Shown: positions 10,843-20,676, counted from the first letter of the stretch. The stretch: 64,000 nucleotides of DNA from Planctomycetota bacterium (GCA_038227875.1 JBBRPR010000008.1:128001-192000); one strand, 5' to 3'. Notes: generated by a model from the letters alone, not told the origin. A program made the numbers and translations.

Positions 10843-11382
10843 GTGAAATATTTCACGGCGGAGATTTGGGGTGGATGGCAGAATGAGAAGACCATCAATG
10901 TTGCCAACAGGACATACGACTCCAACCTCAAGCGCTACTATCGAAGTCTTCGTACACTGGCTCCGCGACTCGGAGCAGCACCTGGGAAATTTTTTACGAA
11001 GCATTCTTTGCATGATGGACGGCTTCTGCAATTTGTCGTTTCCGACGCGCCGGAATCCATTCCAAGTCGTTCGCCCATTTTGGCCGAAACTCGTGTAAGA
11101 ATTGTCGTCTGCGTCGGATCAAAGCTGTCGAAGTTTATTTATCGACTCAACTACGGTGATGTGAAGAGCATTGAGTTGAATACAAAAAATGTACTTTTTC
11201 CGATGGAGTATTCTCGCTTCGGCGATTGGGGATATGACGAATTGCTTTCAGAAGGAAAGGCGGACTTCAGGCACAACATCCTGTTTCAAACGGGAACTGA
11301 AATATCGATTGTGTTTCGCAGGTTTGAATTCAGTCTGCAGAAAGCCACGGCCTCCGCATTGAGAAAATATTCAATACAGTGA
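10843..11382 (+). CDS. Hypothetical protein, DUF4085-like
   Basis: GTG start; MKYFT...SLHDG...WGYDEL...HNILF pattern recalled for DUF4085; visibly AT-richer than its neighbours. Confidence 0.55.
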   Translation: MKYFTAEIWGGWQNEKTINVANRTYDSNLKRYYRSLRTLAPRLGAAPGKFFTKHSLHDGRLLQFVVSDAPESIPSRSPILAETRVRIVVCVGSKLSKFIYRLNYGDVKSIELNTKNVLFPMEYSRFGDWGYDELLSEGKADFRHNILFQTGTEISIVFRRFEFSLQKATASALRKYSIQ

Positions 11383-11547
11383 CCGACTTCATCGTTCGAT
11401 TCCGCTCACTGGTAAATATTGAACGTTACACTTTCTGCCACACCCCCTATGAGCGAGACGGGCCCTGTGACTTTTACTCTTGCGGCTTACAAATCCGGTG
11501 TATGCCATATCAGTCAAAAACGCGTTGTCCCTAATGAAGGAGTATCC

Positions 11548-14397
11548 ATGACGTTACGCCGCATTGCTTTGATCGCCTGCGCTGCGCTGTTTGCCTTAAC
11601 TTTCACGTCGCGTGCGGCGGAGCGTAAAGAGGTCCGCGTGCTCTATGATTTTGAGGAGCCGGCGGATGCGGAAGACCTAAAGAAGGATGCGGAGAACGTC
11701 ACCTTTGACACCGTGCAGGACAATGGCGTCACGCGCGGCAAGAATTGTTGCCGCCTGGTCTTCAAGCAGGGGGCGGATTACGGCGTATTTTACATCGGCC
11801 GCGAGAAGACCAAGGACTGGGGTAACTTCGACTACTTTGTGATGGACGTGGTCATGGAGCGCGAAGGAAAGATCGGATTTTCGTTTGAGCTGTGGGACGG
11901 CCTGACCAAGGGCTATCCCACGCGCTGCACGATCGAACCGATGATTGTGAAGCAGGGCAAAAATTCCATCGTCATCCCCATCAACCGCGCCAAGCGCAAC
12001 GGCAAGGAAGGCAGGGACTGGGGTGAGCTGGAAGAGAAAGACAAGATCCAGATGAACGCGCTCACCCGCGTCAAGATTTTCCTCACGCCACCCAAAGACG
12101 GCGGCAATCTGGTCTGGTGGGTCGACAACATCCGCGTGCTTCAGGAAGACGCGCTGGGCGGCAAGATGAAGGTGGACGTGCCCGCCGGCGCCACGGCATT
12201 TCTATTCGGCCACCGCGCCGCGGCGCTGCCGGGTTTTACGGTCGCTGAAAAAGCGGGCGACGACGCGCGCGGTTTCGCCTTGAAGGGGAACTTGGAAAAT
12301 TGCGGCAAGCACTGGCCTGATCCGCTGACCGGTGAAGGCGTGTTCGATCCGGCCGGCGGCCCGATCACGTTTGAAAAGACGATGCCCGACGGCGAGTACC
12401 ACGTCTGGCTCTCCGCCGGCATGGTGATCAAGTCGGAAGTCAAGAATCCGCACTTCCTGCTGAAGATCGGCGACCAGACGATCGTCGACGAAAGTCCCTC
12501 GCCCGACGAGATCAATAGCGAGAAGTATCTCTTCCGCTTCCTGAAGACGCAGTATTCCGAACGCGAGTACGCGCTGTTCCTCGACTTTATCGACCGCATG
12601 TATCCCGTGTATGAGAAGAAGGTGAAAGTCACCGGCGGCAAGCTGACGATCCAGGCCGCCAACCATTACCTCGCGGCGTTGATCGTGCTGCCGGCGGATC
12701 AGGAAGCGGCGTTCAAGAAGATGGCCGCGGATATCCGCACCGAGCGCATCCGCACATTCTACAGCACGATCAGTCCCGATCCGCAGAAGAAGCCCGCGAA
12801 GAAGGATGGCGACGGCGATTTCCTCTGTTTCATTCCCGATGAAAAAACGTACTTCAATGCGGCGACCGGACCCAGCGACGAGGAACGCAAGCGCACGTCT
12901 TTCGATCTCGCGGCGGCGGCGGGCCAGCGCGCGATTTTTCGCCTTGGCTTCGTGCCGTTCAAGGATCTGGGGAAGTGCAAGCTTGAGATTTCCGCGCTGA
13001 AGGGGCCGGGCGAGATTCCTGCCACGGCCACGCGGATCTACTTTGAGGACTACCGCGTCCGCGGCGATTCGATGGCCGAATCAGCGCTGATGCCAACGAA
13101 TGAACTCAACGCAGAGAAAGGCGTCTCGCTCTGCTGGTATCTTTGGCTCAAAGTTCCCGACGACGCGGCGGCCGGCGACTACAGCGGCACAGTGACGGCG
13201 ACGGCCGGCGGAAAGTCGCTCAGCTTTCCCGTGAAGCTCAAAGTCTACCCGTTTAAGCTCGAGGAAATTCTGCCGTACTCGTTCGGCATGTACTACGGAC
13301 CGCCTGCCGATAAGAAAAAGCTGGCGGAGCAGATCGCCTTCATGCGCGAGATTGGCTATACCGGCATTGCCGTCGGCGGTGGAAATGTGACCGGCGTTAA
13401 CGGGAACGGCGTTGACGTCACGTTCGACTCCACCATTTACGAATTGGCCAAAGCGGCGGGTATGGGCCGGCACCCGCTCCAGTTTATGATGGGCAATTCA
13501 CTCGGCGCGGCGCGCACGATCGGGCGGCGCCTGGGTGCGAAGGTCGACCAGAATCCCGGCTCGGAATTCGCCCTGCCGGGCTTGAAGCCGGCGTATCTGG
13601 ATTACTGCCACAAGTACGCGGCCTTCATCAAGCAGCAGGGCCTGCCGGTGGCAGTGGAGATCGTCGACGAACCGCGCGAAGTCCCCAATCCGTGGAACCG
13701 CAATCTCAAAGACACGAATACCTACGGCGATTGGTTGAAAGAGGGCGGAATCTTCCCGTCGTTCGTCACGCCCATGGGCGACGGCGGCGGCGGCTTAGAC
13801 TACACCTCGCTGGCCGATCACGCCGACATCATTTCCACTCACGCCGGCAAGGGCAGCGAAAAGTTGATGACCGTGACACCCCAGAAAAAGAAAATGCTCT
13901 GGCTCTACAACACCGGCATGGACCGCCTGTCGTGGGGATTTTATAACTGGCGCGTCGGTTCCGTCGGCCGCTGGGAATGGCACTTCTGCTTCTCGGAAGG
14001 CGGGTCGAACACCGGCTACATCAACGAAGAAGAATGGTACAATCCGTTCACCTCCGGCGACGGCTTCGCGCCCCACGCACCCAACAGCTATCCCGGCGCG
14101 ATGCTCTTCAAGACGCCGTTCTTCTCCTGCGCGGAAGGCATCACCGACTCAGCGTACATCACCACGCTGGAGAAAGCGCTCGCCGCCGCCGAAGGCAATG
14201 CGGCCAAGGCCGACGCCGTCGCGAAAGCCAAGGCGTTTCTCGACGCGCTCAAGAAGACCATCCCGTTCCTCCCGGGCGTGAAGAACATCGCGTCCGAAGC
14301 CGACGGCGCGCTGGTCGGCACGGGTTTGAACGCGGAAGGTGCGGAATGCGAAGTCTGGAGGCGCAAGATCGCGGAATTTATCATGGCCCTCAAGTGA
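11548..14397 (+). CDS. Secreted multidomain glycoside hydrolase, GH123/DUF4091-like, with N-terminal CBM-like domain
   Basis: GAAGGAG RBS before ATG 11548 (ORF-track start 11419 looks too early); signal peptide; LYDFE CBM-like start, VPDDAAAGDYSGTV Ig-like strand, IVDEP catalytic-type motif, C-terminal EGITDSAYI. Confidence 0.65.
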   Translation: MTLRRIALIACAALFALTFTSRAAERKEVRVLYDFEEPADAEDLKKDAENVTFDTVQDNGVTRGKNCCRLVFKQGADYGVFYIGREKTKDWGNFDYFVMDVVMEREGKIGFSFELWDGLTKGYPTRCTIEPMIVKQGKNSIVIPINRAKRNGKEGRDWGELEEKDKIQMNALTRVKIFLTPPKDGGNLVWWVDNIRVLQEDALGGKMKVDVPAGATAFLFGHRAAALPGFTVAEKAGDDARGFALKGNLENCGKHWPDPLTGEGVFDPAGGPITFEKTMPDGEYHVWLSAGMVIKSEVKNPHFLLKIGDQTIVDESPSPDEINSEKYLFRFLKTQYSEREYALFLDFIDRMYPVYEKKVKVTGGKLTIQAANHYLAALIVLPADQEAAFKKMAADIRTERIRTFYSTISPDPQKKPAKKDGDGDFLCFIPDEKTYFNAATGPSDEERKRTSFDLAAAAGQRAIFRLGFVPFKDLGKCKLEISALKGPGEIPATATRIYFEDYRVRGDSMAESALMPTNELNAEKGVSLCWYLWLKVPDDAAAGDYSGTVTATAGGKSLSFPVKLKVYPFKLEEILPYSFGMYYGPPADKKKLAEQIAFMREIGYTGIAVGGGNVTGVNGNGVDVTFDSTIYELAKAAGMGRHPLQFMMGNSLGAARTIGRRLGAKVDQNPGSEFALPGLKPAYLDYCHKYAAFIKQQGLPVAVEIVDEPREVPNPWNRNLKDTNTYGDWLKEGGIFPSFVTPMGDGGGGLDYTSLADHADIISTHAGKGSEKLMTVTPQKKKMLWLYNTGMDRLSWGFYNWRVGSVGRWEWHFCFSEGGSNTGYINEEEWYNPFTSGDGFAPHAPNSYPGAMLFKTPFFSCAEGITDSAYITTLEKALAAAEGNAAKADAVAKAKAFLDALKKTIPFLPGVKNIASEADGALVGTGLNAEGAECEVWRRKIAEFIMALK

Positions 14398-14429
14398 TCC
14401 GCGGGCGGCCTGGCGGCCTGGCGGGCGAA

Positions 14430-14512
14430 GGGTCAGGGGCCAGAATAGACGAGCGGTTGCTGCGACGTGGCGGGCATGGAGCAGAGAGGAACAGCAGAAC
14501 AGCAGAACAGAA
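14430..14512. repeat. Short heptamer repeat remnants (GGGTCAG/GGGCCAG; AACAGCAG-like)
   Basis: gggtcaggggccag at about 14430 (same unit as 42038) and gaacagcagaacagcagaacag at about 14489 in the intergenic gap. Confidence 0.45.
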
Positions 14513-14554
14513 AAAGCGTAAGTTTTCATTCACAACTCATCAAGGATTCGATTC

Positions 14555-15973
14555 ATGGCCGATTCGGCTCAGGGTGTTGAAAGCATTCCGGCGCACAGTC
14601 AGGCGCGGTGGCGCGATGTGTTTCATAAGGACGAGGTGATTCAGCGCATCCGGCCGGCGGAGTCGTTTGCATATTTGCCCAACCCGCACCGTGGGACGAC
14701 TACGTTTCAGCGCTTCAACGGCGATGAACTTTATCCTGGACTGCATTGGGACGACAGCAAGGGGCCGGAGACGTTCAAACCCTTCGACGGCAAGCTGGCC
14801 AATCCCAACTACCCCGACACCACGCTCTCGTACTGCCGCTGGCTCTGGTCGGTGCTCGAACCCCAAAAGGGCAAGTACCGTTGGGACATCATCGACGGCA
14901 CGCTGGAAGCGGCGCGCGTGCGCGGACAGACAGTGCAGATGCGCATCCAGCCGTACATCGGGCCGGATATTCCGGCCTGGTTTTTCGAACTTGGCGGGAA
15001 GATCGATCCCAAGTCCGATCCCAAACGCAAGGAACCAGAACACAATCACCCGGCGTACTTGAAGCACTTCGGCGACATCCTCCGCGCTTTCGCCAAGCGC
15101 TACGACGGGCATCCGTACCTTGAAAGCTTCGACATCGCCTACGGCGGCCCGTGCGGCGAATGCGGCGGCAACACCACGCGCGCGACAGCCAAAAAACTCG
15201 TCGACGTCTACGTCAAAGCGTTCAAGAAGACGCCGCTCATCTCGATGCTCGGCACATTCGGCTGCGCATACGCGTCGAAGTTCAATAAGATCGGCTGGCG
15301 CGCCGATTGTTACGGTGACATGCGCATCGAAGGCGGCGGACACGTGCCCGATGGCCTGAACTGGAACCACATGTTCGACGCCTATCCGAAGGAGATTGCG
15401 GAAAACGGCGTGGCGGAAACCTGGAAGACCGCGCCCGTGACGATGGAGACCTGCTGGACGGTAGGCTACTGGGAGAGTAAAGGCTGGGACGTCGATTGGA
15501 TTCTCGAGCAGGGCTTGAAATACCATACGACCGTCTTCATGCCGAAGTCGAGCTTTATCCCCGACCGGTGGCGCGAAAAAATCGACGCGTGGGACCGCCG
15601 GCTCGGTTACCGCTTCGTGCTGCGCCAGATCAACTTGCCGCTGGAAGCGAAACCCGGCGCGCGCATTCCGTTCTGGTACTGGGTTGAGAACATCGGCGTC
15701 GCGCCGATCTACCGCCCCTACGTGCTGGCGCTGCGTTTCCGCCAGGGAAAGCAGAGCCACATCGCGAAAATCAAGACGGACATTCGCACCTGGCTGCCTG
15801 GCGACTCGGTTCTCGGCGGCAATGTCGCTTTCCCGAAGGAACTCCGCCGCGGCGAAGTGGACGTGGACATCGCGATCCTCGACGAAAAAGCGCAGAAGCC
15901 CAAAGTGCTCTTCGCGATGAAAGCCTGCGGCAATGACGGCTGGCATCCGTTGGGGAAAATGGATGTGGTGTGA
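14555..15973 (+). CDS. DUF4832-domain protein (GH42/beta-galactosidase-like TIM barrel), no signal peptide
   Basis: WSVLEPQKGKYRW GH-A-type motif; C-terminal RLGYRFVL and ENIGVAPIY typical of DUF4832. Confidence 0.7.
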   Translation: MADSAQGVESIPAHSQARWRDVFHKDEVIQRIRPAESFAYLPNPHRGTTTFQRFNGDELYPGLHWDDSKGPETFKPFDGKLANPNYPDTTLSYCRWLWSVLEPQKGKYRWDIIDGTLEAARVRGQTVQMRIQPYIGPDIPAWFFELGGKIDPKSDPKRKEPEHNHPAYLKHFGDILRAFAKRYDGHPYLESFDIAYGGPCGECGGNTTRATAKKLVDVYVKAFKKTPLISMLGTFGCAYASKFNKIGWRADCYGDMRIEGGGHVPDGLNWNHMFDAYPKEIAENGVAETWKTAPVTMETCWTVGYWESKGWDVDWILEQGLKYHTTVFMPKSSFIPDRWREKIDAWDRRLGYRFVLRQINLPLEAKPGARIPFWYWVENIGVAPIYRPYVLALRFRQGKQSHIAKIKTDIRTWLPGDSVLGGNVAFPKELRRGEVDVDIAILDEKAQKPKVLFAMKACGNDGWHPLGKMDVV

Positions 15974-15988
15974 GGCGTCGGAGAGTTT

Positions 15989-17368
15989 CTACTGGCCGGC
16001 GATCAGTTCAACGTCGTCGATGTAACACTCGCCGACGCCATATCCCCAGAATTCGAGGCGCGAGATGCGCGAACCGACGGGGATTTTGACGGGTTGTTGA
16101 TTGTCGTCTTTGAAATCGCTGAGGGTCAATTCCACGGAGGTCCACGCGCCTTTTTTGGGATCGCGGTTGGTTACTTTGCAGTACTTCGCGTCATCAGTCC
16201 CCGGTGGAATAAAACCCACCACGGTATCGGTGGACAGATGCGTATTGAAATAGGAAAAGCGCACTTTCATACCTTCCGTAGCCACGGCAAGGGTGGTGGT
16301 TTTATAAATGGGTGAGGTATTGGGGTAGGCGTATGGGTAGATGCCGCCGCGGGTATCATTGCCGCTTCCCGCACCCAATTTCAACGCTTTGCCGGGCCGG
16401 TTGCCGGGCAGACTTCCCGTGACGGTTCCAAAGTTAATGCCGTATGCAGTGGTCTCGAAGTCCTCTTTGAACGCCGAGGAGCCCGCGGCCACCGCCGCCG
16501 GTGGTGCCTCTGGCGTGACTGCTGCAGGCGGAGCTGGAGGCGGTGGCGGAGGCGCGTTCGCAGCCTCTTCGGCTTTCTTCAATCCCGAGAGCATCGCGCG
16601 GGCACGCGCGGCAGCCAGCGTATCCGGATTGGCATCCTTCACGAACTGGTCGAGCTGCTTGATTTTTCCAGCGGCGTCTTCCTTGGCGATGGCGAGGAGC
16701 ACCTTGTCGTAGGCCCCCTGTGCAATCGCTTCGGGATCGGTCTTGGAATTCGAACCACCCATCCCGGCGGGCGCGGCAAGCGGCGGGGGTGGGGGCGGTG
16801 GTGGTGGAGTTTGTGGCTGAGGTAATGCGTCACCAGTTTGGCGCGCCGAAGCGGTACGAGTATCTTCGACGCGTCGCGTGTTGGTGGATTCCACCGTGGT
16901 TTCCGTGCGGGTGGCCGTGCCGCTGGCCGCACTGCTGGTCGTGCTTGAGGATTGCGCGGCTTTCTTTTCCGTCTTGTCCCCAGAGAACATGAACACCAGG
17001 CCGACGAGCATCACAAATCCACCGGCGATGCCCAGGCCGATGATCATGTTGTTCTGCCGCGAGGCTTCGGACGTCCGCGGCGGCGGCTTCTCGGTGTTGA
17101 TCTGCGTTTTCTTATGCGTGCGGGGCGGTGTCGCGTTGGGCAGCGGAACAGGACCTGGCACGTACCCATGCGCGTGCCCGTGTGCGGGATGAGGTGCCAC
17201 GGTGATGCCATCGCCCGAGGGCCGTTTGGAAACGCCGGTCAACGCCGGCAATGGAACGGCCGACGGCCGGCACTTATCGCAGCGCACCTTGCCGTCGTCG
17301 GTCAGACCGCGCGTGACTTCATTTGTCGGAACGCGGATCCCGCAGTCGTCGCAATACACGATTTCCAT
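15989..17368 (-). CDS. Single-pass membrane protein: N-terminal Cys4 zinc finger, Pro-rich linkers, C-terminal CBM-like beta-sandwich
   Basis: MEIVYCDDC...RCDKC; TM MIIGLGIAGGFVMLVGLVFMF; C-terminal FKEDFE...WTSVELTLSDF...YIDDVEL; start moved to ATG 17368. Confidence 0.7.
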   Translation of the reverse strand: MEIVYCDDCGIRVPTNEVTRGLTDDGKVRCDKCRPSAVPLPALTGVSKRPSGDGITVAPHPAHGHAHGYVPGPVPLPNATPPRTHKKTQINTEKPPPRTSEASRQNNMIIGLGIAGGFVMLVGLVFMFSGDKTEKKAAQSSSTTSSAASGTATRTETTVESTNTRRVEDTRTASARQTGDALPQPQTPPPPPPPPPLAAPAGMGGSNSKTDPEAIAQGAYDKVLLAIAKEDAAGKIKQLDQFVKDANPDTLAAARARAMLSGLKKAEEAANAPPPPPPAPPAAVTPEAPPAAVAAGSSAFKEDFETTAYGINFGTVTGSLPGNRPGKALKLGAGSGNDTRGGIYPYAYPNTSPIYKTTTLAVATEGMKVRFSYFNTHLSTDTVVGFIPPGTDDAKYCKVTNRDPKKGAWTSVELTLSDFKDDNQQPVKIPVGSRISRLEFWGYGVGECYIDDVELIAGQ

Positions 17369-17610
17369 GCTTTTAGAAAGCATAGTCGGCGCACGAACAG
17401 GCACAATCATTCAACTTCAGAATTTTCCAGGCCGCGCCTCTCCAGCTCTCATTGGATCAACGCACTGGGTTGAGGGGAAAAAAGTAAAATGCAGCACTGC
17501 TCATGTGCTCTTTGCAGTCCATTGAATGATCGTTCAGCTCCGGCGTCTATCGTTGTAAGAACTCTGTCCCGGCGCTACAGTGACGGGCCACCGTTCGAAG
17601 GAGGTGCCGA

Positions 17611-18654
17611 ATGCGTTTTGTGCTTACGATCCTGCTGGCAGTTCTGCTGCTCCCTGCGTTTTCGCGCGCCGAAGAAGCGCGCATCTCCGAAGAATTCGCG
17701 GACGGGTCCGGGTTTTCGTACCAGGCGCCCAGCGGCTGGAAGGTGATGGGTCGCGAAGGCCAGCCCTTCAAAGTGGTGCTGAATGAGGCCGCTGCCGTCG
17801 ACGGTCTGGCTCCGAACATCATGATCAAAGACGGCGTATTTCCGGGCACGATGGAAGCCTTCGCCGAACAGACGCGCGCGGGATTTAAAAAAGCCTATCC
17901 TAATTTCAATGAACTCGGCGCAGACATGCTGCACACCGAAGGCGGCGCTGATTTCATCCGCATCACCGCGACCAATGAACTCAAAGGCCACAAAGTCCGG
18001 CAGACCTATTTCCTCTATGATGGGCCCCGCAACATCAAACTCGCGATGACCGTGACCGTGCCGGTTACAGTGGCCGAACGCTTCGATGGCGTGCTGGAAA
18101 TCACTGCCAAGAGTTTCCGCTTCGAATCCGGAATCGTCGTCAGCACCGTGCTCTCGTCTCACTTCGCCGACATGATGAAACGGATGGTCGATCAAATTAA
18201 GACCAGCGGCGAACTGGGTAAGGATCCCACCGACGACGTGATCAAGCTCAAGGCGCTCGATCCCGTTTTCACCGGCCTGACGTCCGAGCATGCACTGGAA
18301 GTGACCAAGCCCCAGGAACGCGATTTCGTGGCGGGAAAATTTCTGGAAGAAAGCAATCAGAAGATTCTCAACGACCTCTGTTCCTTCATCGAAGTCTTCA
18401 AGACGGAGAAGCCGGTCGCGGCGAAGTTCGTGATTGCGGAGCAGAAGGCCGGCAAGCTCAAAGGCGCCGATGTCGAAGTCGGCATCCGCATCATGAAGTG
18501 GAGTTTGAACAAACTGAAGGAATCGCTGAAGGTCAATCAGCAGACGAAGGATCTCGAACATCCCGACCCGGCCGTCGGGCCGAAAACTCCGCCGATTCCG
18601 CCGCTGGCTCCGTCCGTGGCGCCTGCGCCGAATGCGCCGCCTCCGTCCAAGTAA
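17611..18654 (+). CDS. Secreted hypothetical protein with PsbP/DcrB-like N-terminal domain
   Basis: GGAGG RBS, signal peptide, GFSYQAPSGWK motif, Pro-rich C-terminus. Confidence 0.6.
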   Translation: MRFVLTILLAVLLLPAFSRAEEARISEEFADGSGFSYQAPSGWKVMGREGQPFKVVLNEAAAVDGLAPNIMIKDGVFPGTMEAFAEQTRAGFKKAYPNFNELGADMLHTEGGADFIRITATNELKGHKVRQTYFLYDGPRNIKLAMTVTVPVTVAERFDGVLEITAKSFRFESGIVVSTVLSSHFADMMKRMVDQIKTSGELGKDPTDDVIKLKALDPVFTGLTSEHALEVTKPQERDFVAGKFLEESNQKILNDLCSFIEVFKTEKPVAAKFVIAEQKAGKLKGADVEVGIRIMKWSLNKLKESLKVNQQTKDLEHPDPAVGPKTPPIPPLAPSVAPAPNAPPPSK

Positions 18655-18690
18655 GTCCCAGCGCCGCAGCGACAGCATGAAAGGCCGTGA

Positions 18691-20676
18691 ATGCCGTTTC
18701 GCCACCGCTTGCGTTTGATGCTGCCGCCGCTGCTGGTGGTACTTGTGAGCCTCTGTCTGCCCGCCGCCGCATTGACACTCGCCGCCGCAAGCTGGAACGA
18801 CATGCTGCAGATGGCCGACCGCGTTGTCTCCGCGCGCGTGGCCAGCGTGCAGGCTGAAGCGACTTCCGAACCCGGGGCGCACGGCATCTGTACGCGTGTG
18901 CGGTTGACGGATGTCTCAGTGCTCTCTGGAAAAGCAGAGCGCACTTCCATTGATCTAATTCTGCCGGGTGGAACGCTCGGCCATCGCCAGCTTCGCGTAC
19001 CTGGCGCGCCCGCGTTCGTGGCGGGAGAAACGGCGGTGCTGTTTCTGCGCACCGCCGATGAGCCCGGAGCGTACCATCTCTGTGGCTACGGCATGGGCGT
19101 GCTGCGCGTGAGAAACGATGGCGTCGTCATTCCTGATCTGCCCGTCGAAAACGGTCCGCCCTCGTCGGGCGAAACGCTGAACGATTTTCTCCAGCGCTTC
19201 CCGCTCGCCTCCGGGACTGCCGTGCCGCCCGCAGCGGTCACTACGCCGGCGCATTCGCAATTCGTCGGCTGGAGTGGCCTCGCGGTACTCTCCGCGCTGT
19301 TGCTGGCGCTGGGGATCGTGCTGCGCAGACGCCGTCGCTCCCCGCTGATTGCGGTGATACTCGGCGCGCTGCTGAGTGCGCTGCTTCCCGCGCCGCGTAT
19401 TTTGGCTGATGCGGCCTCGCGAGCCCCGTTTAACTATACGCTCGAAGGCTCGCACTGGGATCTCAACGCGCCGTTGATTGATCGCATCTCCGCAGGGCGT
19501 ATTCTCTGGTTTCAAGGCAAGACGACCAAAGATCTCAGTGCCGCTGCCGCATTTGGAACCATTGCGGCGTCATTTCAGCAGTGGGAAGACGTACCGGCTT
19601 CCGCGGTCGCGTTTCGCATGGCCGGATTATCCGTCGACGCAGGCAGCGCCGACGATCAGCGCAACGTCGTTTCGTTCCTGATCAAACCGCCGCGTTCCGG
19701 TTTCGATACCCGTACGCTGGCGCTCACGTATCTGCTCGGCGATGCCTCCGGCACCACGTTTACCGACACGGATACCGTCTTTAACGACAAGGACATTACG
19801 TGGGTTGTTTCCGGGGCGCGCTACTCGCTGGACGTGGTCTCGCTCCACGAGATCGGCCACGTCATCGGCCTTGGTCACAGTACGAGCTTATCCGACGCGA
19901 TGTATCCGGTGGCGCAGGGCGTCAACGTCTTGAGCGACTCCGACAAAGCCGGCGCGGTGGTGCTCTATCCGCTCAACACCGTCGTGCCGATCACCTCGGC
20001 ATATGCGTGTCCACGGCTGGGCGCAGCACCGCTCTCGGTTGCGTTTTCCTCAGACGGCACGACCGCCGGCACCGGCGTGCCCTTGACCGTGCAGTGGGAT
20101 TTTGGCGATGGCACGCCGGTCTCGTCGGAACTCAATCCGACTCACGTTTACACCGCACCGGGAACATACACCGCCCGGCTGACGATCCCGGGCGTTCCAC
20201 TGGCGCCACCCAGCTTGACGTTGATTCGCGTCAACGCGCCGACCGGCAGCCCAACACTCAAGAAATTCCAATATCAGGTCTCGCTGCTGGCGGCCGCACG
20301 CGGTAGAGACACGGTCAGCGCCACGGTCGACGGAGTGAACTTCACCTCTGGCGACACGCTAATTGTGATGGTCGGCGGCGTGGCGCTCTCGTCGCAGTCG
20401 GTAGCTGGCGGAACGCTCGCAACGAATTTCAATCCCGCCAAACGTGAATTGAAATTGCAGCTCAACGGCGCGGCGCTAGGACGCACGTTTGATTTCCGCG
20501 ACCGCAGCAGCACGGCGAAAGCGGGGATCGTTACGCTGCCGTTCGACCTTCTGGTGACGCATGCCGATCAGTCCGTGACGCTTTACGACACTACGGTAAC
20601 ATTCAATTTCACCGTGAAGACCGGGAGGACGGCCACTGGCATCGTGGAAAAATCCATTCAGGCGAAGAAGCGCTAA
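18691..20676 (+). CDS. Matrixin (M10-like) zinc metalloprotease with PKD domain and internal membrane segments
   Basis: HEIGHVIGLGH zinc motif plus Met-turn AMYP; PKD WDFGDG...PTHVYTAPGTYTARL; signal peptide; two internal hydrophobic stretches. Confidence 0.85.
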   Translation: MPFRHRLRLMLPPLLVVLVSLCLPAAALTLAAASWNDMLQMADRVVSARVASVQAEATSEPGAHGICTRVRLTDVSVLSGKAERTSIDLILPGGTLGHRQLRVPGAPAFVAGETAVLFLRTADEPGAYHLCGYGMGVLRVRNDGVVIPDLPVENGPPSSGETLNDFLQRFPLASGTAVPPAAVTTPAHSQFVGWSGLAVLSALLLALGIVLRRRRRSPLIAVILGALLSALLPAPRILADAASRAPFNYTLEGSHWDLNAPLIDRISAGRILWFQGKTTKDLSAAAAFGTIAASFQQWEDVPASAVAFRMAGLSVDAGSADDQRNVVSFLIKPPRSGFDTRTLALTYLLGDASGTTFTDTDTVFNDKDITWVVSGARYSLDVVSLHEIGHVIGLGHSTSLSDAMYPVAQGVNVLSDSDKAGAVVLYPLNTVVPITSAYACPRLGAAPLSVAFSSDGTTAGTGVPLTVQWDFGDGTPVSSELNPTHVYTAPGTYTARLTIPGVPLAPPSLTLIRVNAPTGSPTLKKFQYQVSLLAAARGRDTVSATVDGVNFTSGDTLIVMVGGVALSSQSVAGGTLATNFNPAKRELKLQLNGAALGRTFDFRDRSSTAKAGIVTLPFDLLVTHADQSVTLYDTTVTFNFTVKTGRTATGIVEKSIQAKKR

